The translations under genes and the position numbers were made by a program. From contig CAXXLZ010000001.1 of assembly GCA_963675595.2 (NCBI GenBank), forward strand, positions 864,001 to 928,000: a DNA stretch of 64,000 nt. The letters are read 5' to 3'. Below the pieces are notes generated by a model. It saw nothing but the letters and a program-made list of their open reading frames with translations. It did not search any database and was not told where the DNA came from. Of the stretch, positions 60,706 through 64,000 are shown one piece after another (the stretch's first letter is position 1; every line of letters starts with the position of its first letter). Source of the stretch: Thermodesulfobacteriota bacterium (lineage in GTDB: Bacteria > Desulfobacterota > Desulfarculia > JACQYL01).

Positions 60706-62424
60706 CTAGTTGATCAGCGGGAACGTCCACAGACCGAATTGCTCTCGGAAGAGTTCCTCGATTTCGCCAAGCGTCACCAGATTCTTGACTGCTTCAAGCG
60801 TATACGGGTAGAGGTTTTCATCCGTGTGGCACTTATCGGCCAGTATTTTCAGCGATTCCTTGACCTTTTGTTCGCTGCGCTCTTTGCGGAGACGATCAAG
60901 TTTGGCTTTTTGGCGGGTGTAGGTTTCCGGATACTCGAAGACCTCGATTTCACGGGCGGAACCTTCTTCCGCTCTGAAATAGTTCACGCCGACCACCTTC
61001 ATTTCGCCGTTTTCGATCTTCTTCTGGTACTTCAGGTTGTAGTTGGCGATTTCGCGATGCAGCCAACCGTTCTCCACTGCGGTTACCAAGCCGCCCATGT
61101 CTTCGATTTTCTTAATATAATCGAAGATTCGCTTGACCATCTCGTCGGTGAGGTACTCAAGATAATAGGACCCGGCCAACGGATCCACGGTATTGATGAC
61201 CCCGGTTTCCGCCTGGATGATCTGCTGGGTGCGGAGCGAAATCAACGCCGCTTCCTCGGTGGGCGCGGAGTAAGCTTCGTCATAGGAGTCGATGTGCAGG
61301 GATTGGCAGCCGCCAAAGGTGGCCGCGAGTCCCTGAAGAGCGGACCTCGCCACATTGTTCAGAGGCTCGGTGGCCGGCAGGGTAACGCCCGCGGTTTGCA
61401 CGTGGAAGCGCATCAGCATGGACTTGGGCTTCTTGGCGCCGAAGCGTTCCTTCATGATCTTGTACCAAACCTTACGGCTGGCCCGGCACTTGGCGATCTC
61501 TTCGAAGAAGTCATTGTGGAGGTCCCAGAAAAAGCTCATTCTGGGAGCGAAATCGTCGACGTTCATACCGCGTTTAAGCAATTCCTCGGCCGTGGCGATG
61601 CCGTTGGAGATGGCGATGGCCACTTCCTGGACCGCATTGGTGCCGGCTTCCCGCAGGTTGTACCCGTTATAGCTGATGGGGTTGAAACGGGCGTAGTTCT
61701 GGCAGACGAACTGGACGACGTCGCACTGCAGCCGGAAGCTCACCGGGGGAGGAAGAATTTCCGGACCACTGCCCACGCAGGTTTCCATAATGAAGTCGTT
61801 CTGGCAGGTTCCCGCGATCTTGTCCTTGGGGGTCCCTCGCTGTTCGGCGACCGCGAAATACATGCCCGGGATCACAATGGAGGTGCTGGGCAGATGGGTC
61901 ACGATCGAAGTACTGATGGTTCCCAGGTCGATGTCCTTGAAATAGGCATCCATGTCCCAGATGGAATCCACGGCGGCGCCGCAGTGCCCCACATTGCCTT
62001 CCGCCTCGGCATCGTCGGAGTTATATCCGCGGATCGTGGGAAGGTCGAAGAGGATGTTGACGCCGTTGGCTCCATGCTGCAGCAGGTACTTGATGCGCAG
62101 GTTGCAGTCTTCCGGAGCGCCCAGGCCGGCGAGCTGGCGAACGGTGAACGGACGGCCGCGGTACATATTGGGGTAGACGCCGCGGACGTAGGGGGCGCAG
62201 CCCGGGTAACCGATGTCTTCCGTATAGTCGATGTGGGACACATCCGCAGGAGTGTGCACCATCTTGACGGGAATGCCGGAGTGTGTGAAGTACTTGCCGG
62301 CAAGCTCTTCCTCACGATCTCCGTCCTTCAGGACGTTGTTGAACCAATCGTCATAACCCGTCTTGATGCTGTCCAACTGCTCCTTGGTGAAAATACAAAC
62401 TTGCTTCTCAGGGTTGTTTGCCAT
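60706..62424 (-). CDS. Methylmalonyl-CoA mutase family large subunit with atypical specificity residues
   Basis: PG.APYVRGVYPNMYRGR, FDLPT, QND, FFEEIAK and DPLAGSYY motifs. Confidence 0.9.
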   Translation of the reverse strand: MANNPEKQVCIFTKEQLDSIKTGYDDWFNNVLKDGDREEELAGKYFTHSGIPVKMVHTPADVSHIDYTEDIGYPGCAPYVRGVYPNMYRGRPFTVRQLAGLGAPEDCNLRIKYLLQHGANGVNILFDLPTIRGYNSDDAEAEGNVGHCGAAVDSIWDMDAYFKDIDLGTISTSIVTHLPSTSIVIPGMYFAVAEQRGTPKDKIAGTCQNDFIMETCVGSGPEILPPPVSFRLQCDVVQFVCQNYARFNPISYNGYNLREAGTNAVQEVAIAISNGIATAEELLKRGMNVDDFAPRMSFFWDLHNDFFEEIAKCRASRKVWYKIMKERFGAKKPKSMLMRFHVQTAGVTLPATEPLNNVARSALQGLAATFGGCQSLHIDSYDEAYSAPTEEAALISLRTQQIIQAETGVINTVDPLAGSYYLEYLTDEMVKRIFDYIKKIEDMGGLVTAVENGWLHREIANYNLKYQKKIENGEMKVVGVNYFRAEEGSAREIEVFEYPETYTRQKAKLDRLRKERSEQKVKESLKILADKCHTDENLYPYTLEAVKNLVTLGEIEELFREQFGLWTFPLIN

Positions 62425-62700
62425 GTTCCTGCCTCCTTTACAGAAATCTTACTGCTTTTATTTCCAGGGCTACTGTCCGTTAATAATTCGCTTGAAAATC
62501 GCCGAGTTTCCTCCAGACCGCCACGTCACGGAGGACCCTACGGTTTCAAGCATGTAAGGAGTGCGGTTAAGGGATTGATTTCATGGAGCGAACCCCTACG
62601 GAGGACGATCCGACGCTTCTGCCAATTGCCTTTTGGTTCCCCCTCGTTAACGATGACGCCCGAAGGGTTCTTGCTCACACTACATTCGGTTTCGGTTGGA

Positions 62701-63903
62701 CTAGAACTCTTCCGAGCTCAATTCGAGTTCAAAAGGATCCACCGCCAACGGTACGCCGGTACCTCCTTGAACAATCACTCTCTTGAGTCCGACGGACTCT
62801 ACGATGATTCTTGCCTGATCTATGTCTTCCGCTGTGACGAAAGGCCAGTCCCGCAATCGGAAGGCCGGTTGGTATTCAATAAGGGTAACCGGCATCTCCG
62901 GGTTGATCGCCGCGACGGCACGGGCGGAAGCAAGAAGCTCCTCTTGCGTGTGTACGCGGGGATGGTATGGAAGGCTGACCGCCATAAACACTCGTCCGCG
63001 GTACTTTTCGTCGACGTAAGCTACTGCATTCCAAGAGGTTTCCAAATAAGAACGGGCCAATGGCTCAGATGTAATGCCGCACAAAAGCATGAACGTTCTT
63101 ACGGTTCGGGCCTTCAAATCGGGCGAGAGGTCGGTCACGCCGGCATCGACCAGTTCATCGATGTAGTCGGGCGTTAGAATGGAAGCATTGGTGTCCAATT
63201 GTATCCGGACCTCCGGATGGACCTCTCTGATTCTACGCACTGTCTTGACCAGCCACGGGCGATTCAGTGTAGGTTCCCCACCGGAAATTCCCACCCAGTA
63301 ATCCCGTGAAACGTCCAGACGAAGGGCGTCCACCGCCTCTACCGGGGTACAGGTTCGGCCGGCGGAGGCGAAAGTCATCTCCCAGTTGTGGCACAGATCA
63401 CAAGAATAGTTGCATCCGTGCGTGAATATGGACGGATGGTGATGGGGAGCCGGCCGCATCGTTGTTACCACGCGAAGAGGATCGGCGTCTCGGACTTCGA
63501 CGGAGTCGGTGGAAATCGCCATCCCATCTGTGAGGGGGGTGAGGCAACTTCGCTTCAGCTCACCGTCGATCCAAACTGCGCAGTTCCAACAGCCGCCGGT
63601 GTCACAAGTCGCGTGCGAGGTTTGATCGGCGTGACCTCCGACCGATTTGCCCAGACTGCGGAGCACCTGCCGGACCGTTATGGGACCCTGAATGATGAGG
63701 TTTTCACCGTCCAAGGAGAAGCGAAGCGCCGCTCCGGAATTCCTGCGAGGTTCAAGACTTCTGGCGTTCTGAGGACAACCCTTGATGCATATCCCGCATC
63801 CGATGCACGCGGAGGCGACGGCCGGACACCCCACATAGTGGCTGCAGAATCCGCATTGCACGCAATTATCGTTGACAATGACGGAGAACCGTTCGGAGCT
63901 CAT
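62701..63903 (-). CDS. Radical SAM protein (activating-enzyme-like) with N-terminal 4Fe-4S and 2Fe-2S-like domains
   Basis: CVQCGFC/CIGCGICIKGCP, CDTGGCWNC..RSC, CNYSCDLC, SGGEPT and DTN motifs. Confidence 0.85.
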   Translation of the reverse strand: MSSERFSVIVNDNCVQCGFCSHYVGCPAVASACIGCGICIKGCPQNARSLEPRRNSGAALRFSLDGENLIIQGPITVRQVLRSLGKSVGGHADQTSHATCDTGGCWNCAVWIDGELKRSCLTPLTDGMAISTDSVEVRDADPLRVVTTMRPAPHHHPSIFTHGCNYSCDLCHNWEMTFASAGRTCTPVEAVDALRLDVSRDYWVGISGGEPTLNRPWLVKTVRRIREVHPEVRIQLDTNASILTPDYIDELVDAGVTDLSPDLKARTVRTFMLLCGITSEPLARSYLETSWNAVAYVDEKYRGRVFMAVSLPYHPRVHTQEELLASARAVAAINPEMPVTLIEYQPAFRLRDWPFVTAEDIDQARIIVESVGLKRVIVQGGTGVPLAVDPFELELSSEEF

Positions 63904-64000
63904 TCCCAGATCAACTTCGTATCACCGACCTTGGCACAGAATTCGAACGGAAAGGAACCCCAGAACTCGTTTTCAGCCTCGATGGTAACTTTGTCGAGAC
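63900..64000 (-). CDS. C-terminus of an unidentified protein (truncated by window), coupled to the radical SAM gene
   Basis: Open frame LDKVTIEAENEFWGSFPFEFCAKVGDTKLIWE*; its TGA overlaps the next ATG (ATGA). Confidence 0.55.
   Translation of the reverse strand, partial: LDKVTIEAENEFWGSFPFEFCAKVGDTKLIWE

Noticed and set aside
60739-63177. 812-aa plus-strand ORF
   Set aside because: Antisense to the mutase and radical SAM genes; codon-bias shadow.

Overview
This is a moderately GC-rich window from an anaerobic bacterium; the gene content suggests Desulfobacterota/Syntrophobacteria (inference). 0-12 kb holds transporters, an MBL hydrolase, a glutaredoxin + ferredoxin:thioredoxin reductase pair, a chemoreceptor split in frame by an IS3 element, an exported papain-family protease and a sigma54-preceded EAL protein. 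12-36 kb is an accessory block entirely on the minus strand: an EcoAI-like type I R-M locus (hsdR, hsdM, rhuM-like, hsdS split by an IS1182-like element), four-helix-bundle, Fic and DUF429-like genes, a complete Shango defence system (sngABC), and a three-gene cluster of signal-peptide-bearing proteins (TPR-OmpA, TPR-CHAT protease, caspase-FGE/CLec). That cluster is the best candidate for an undescribed extracytoplasmic proteolytic system. 39-64 kb is an acyl-CoA catabolic region: AmiS/UreI channel, 4-subunit 2-oxoacid:ferredoxin oxidoreductase, enoyl-CoA hydratase, acyl-CoA ligase, atypical HMG-CoA-lyase homologue, thiolase, duplicated TetR, molybdopterin enzyme, Na+-translocating decarboxylase subunits, SDR, MeaB and a B12 mutase with non-canonical active-site residues, ending in a multi-Fe-S radical SAM gene. 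All calls come from motif recognition by eye; no database searches were run.
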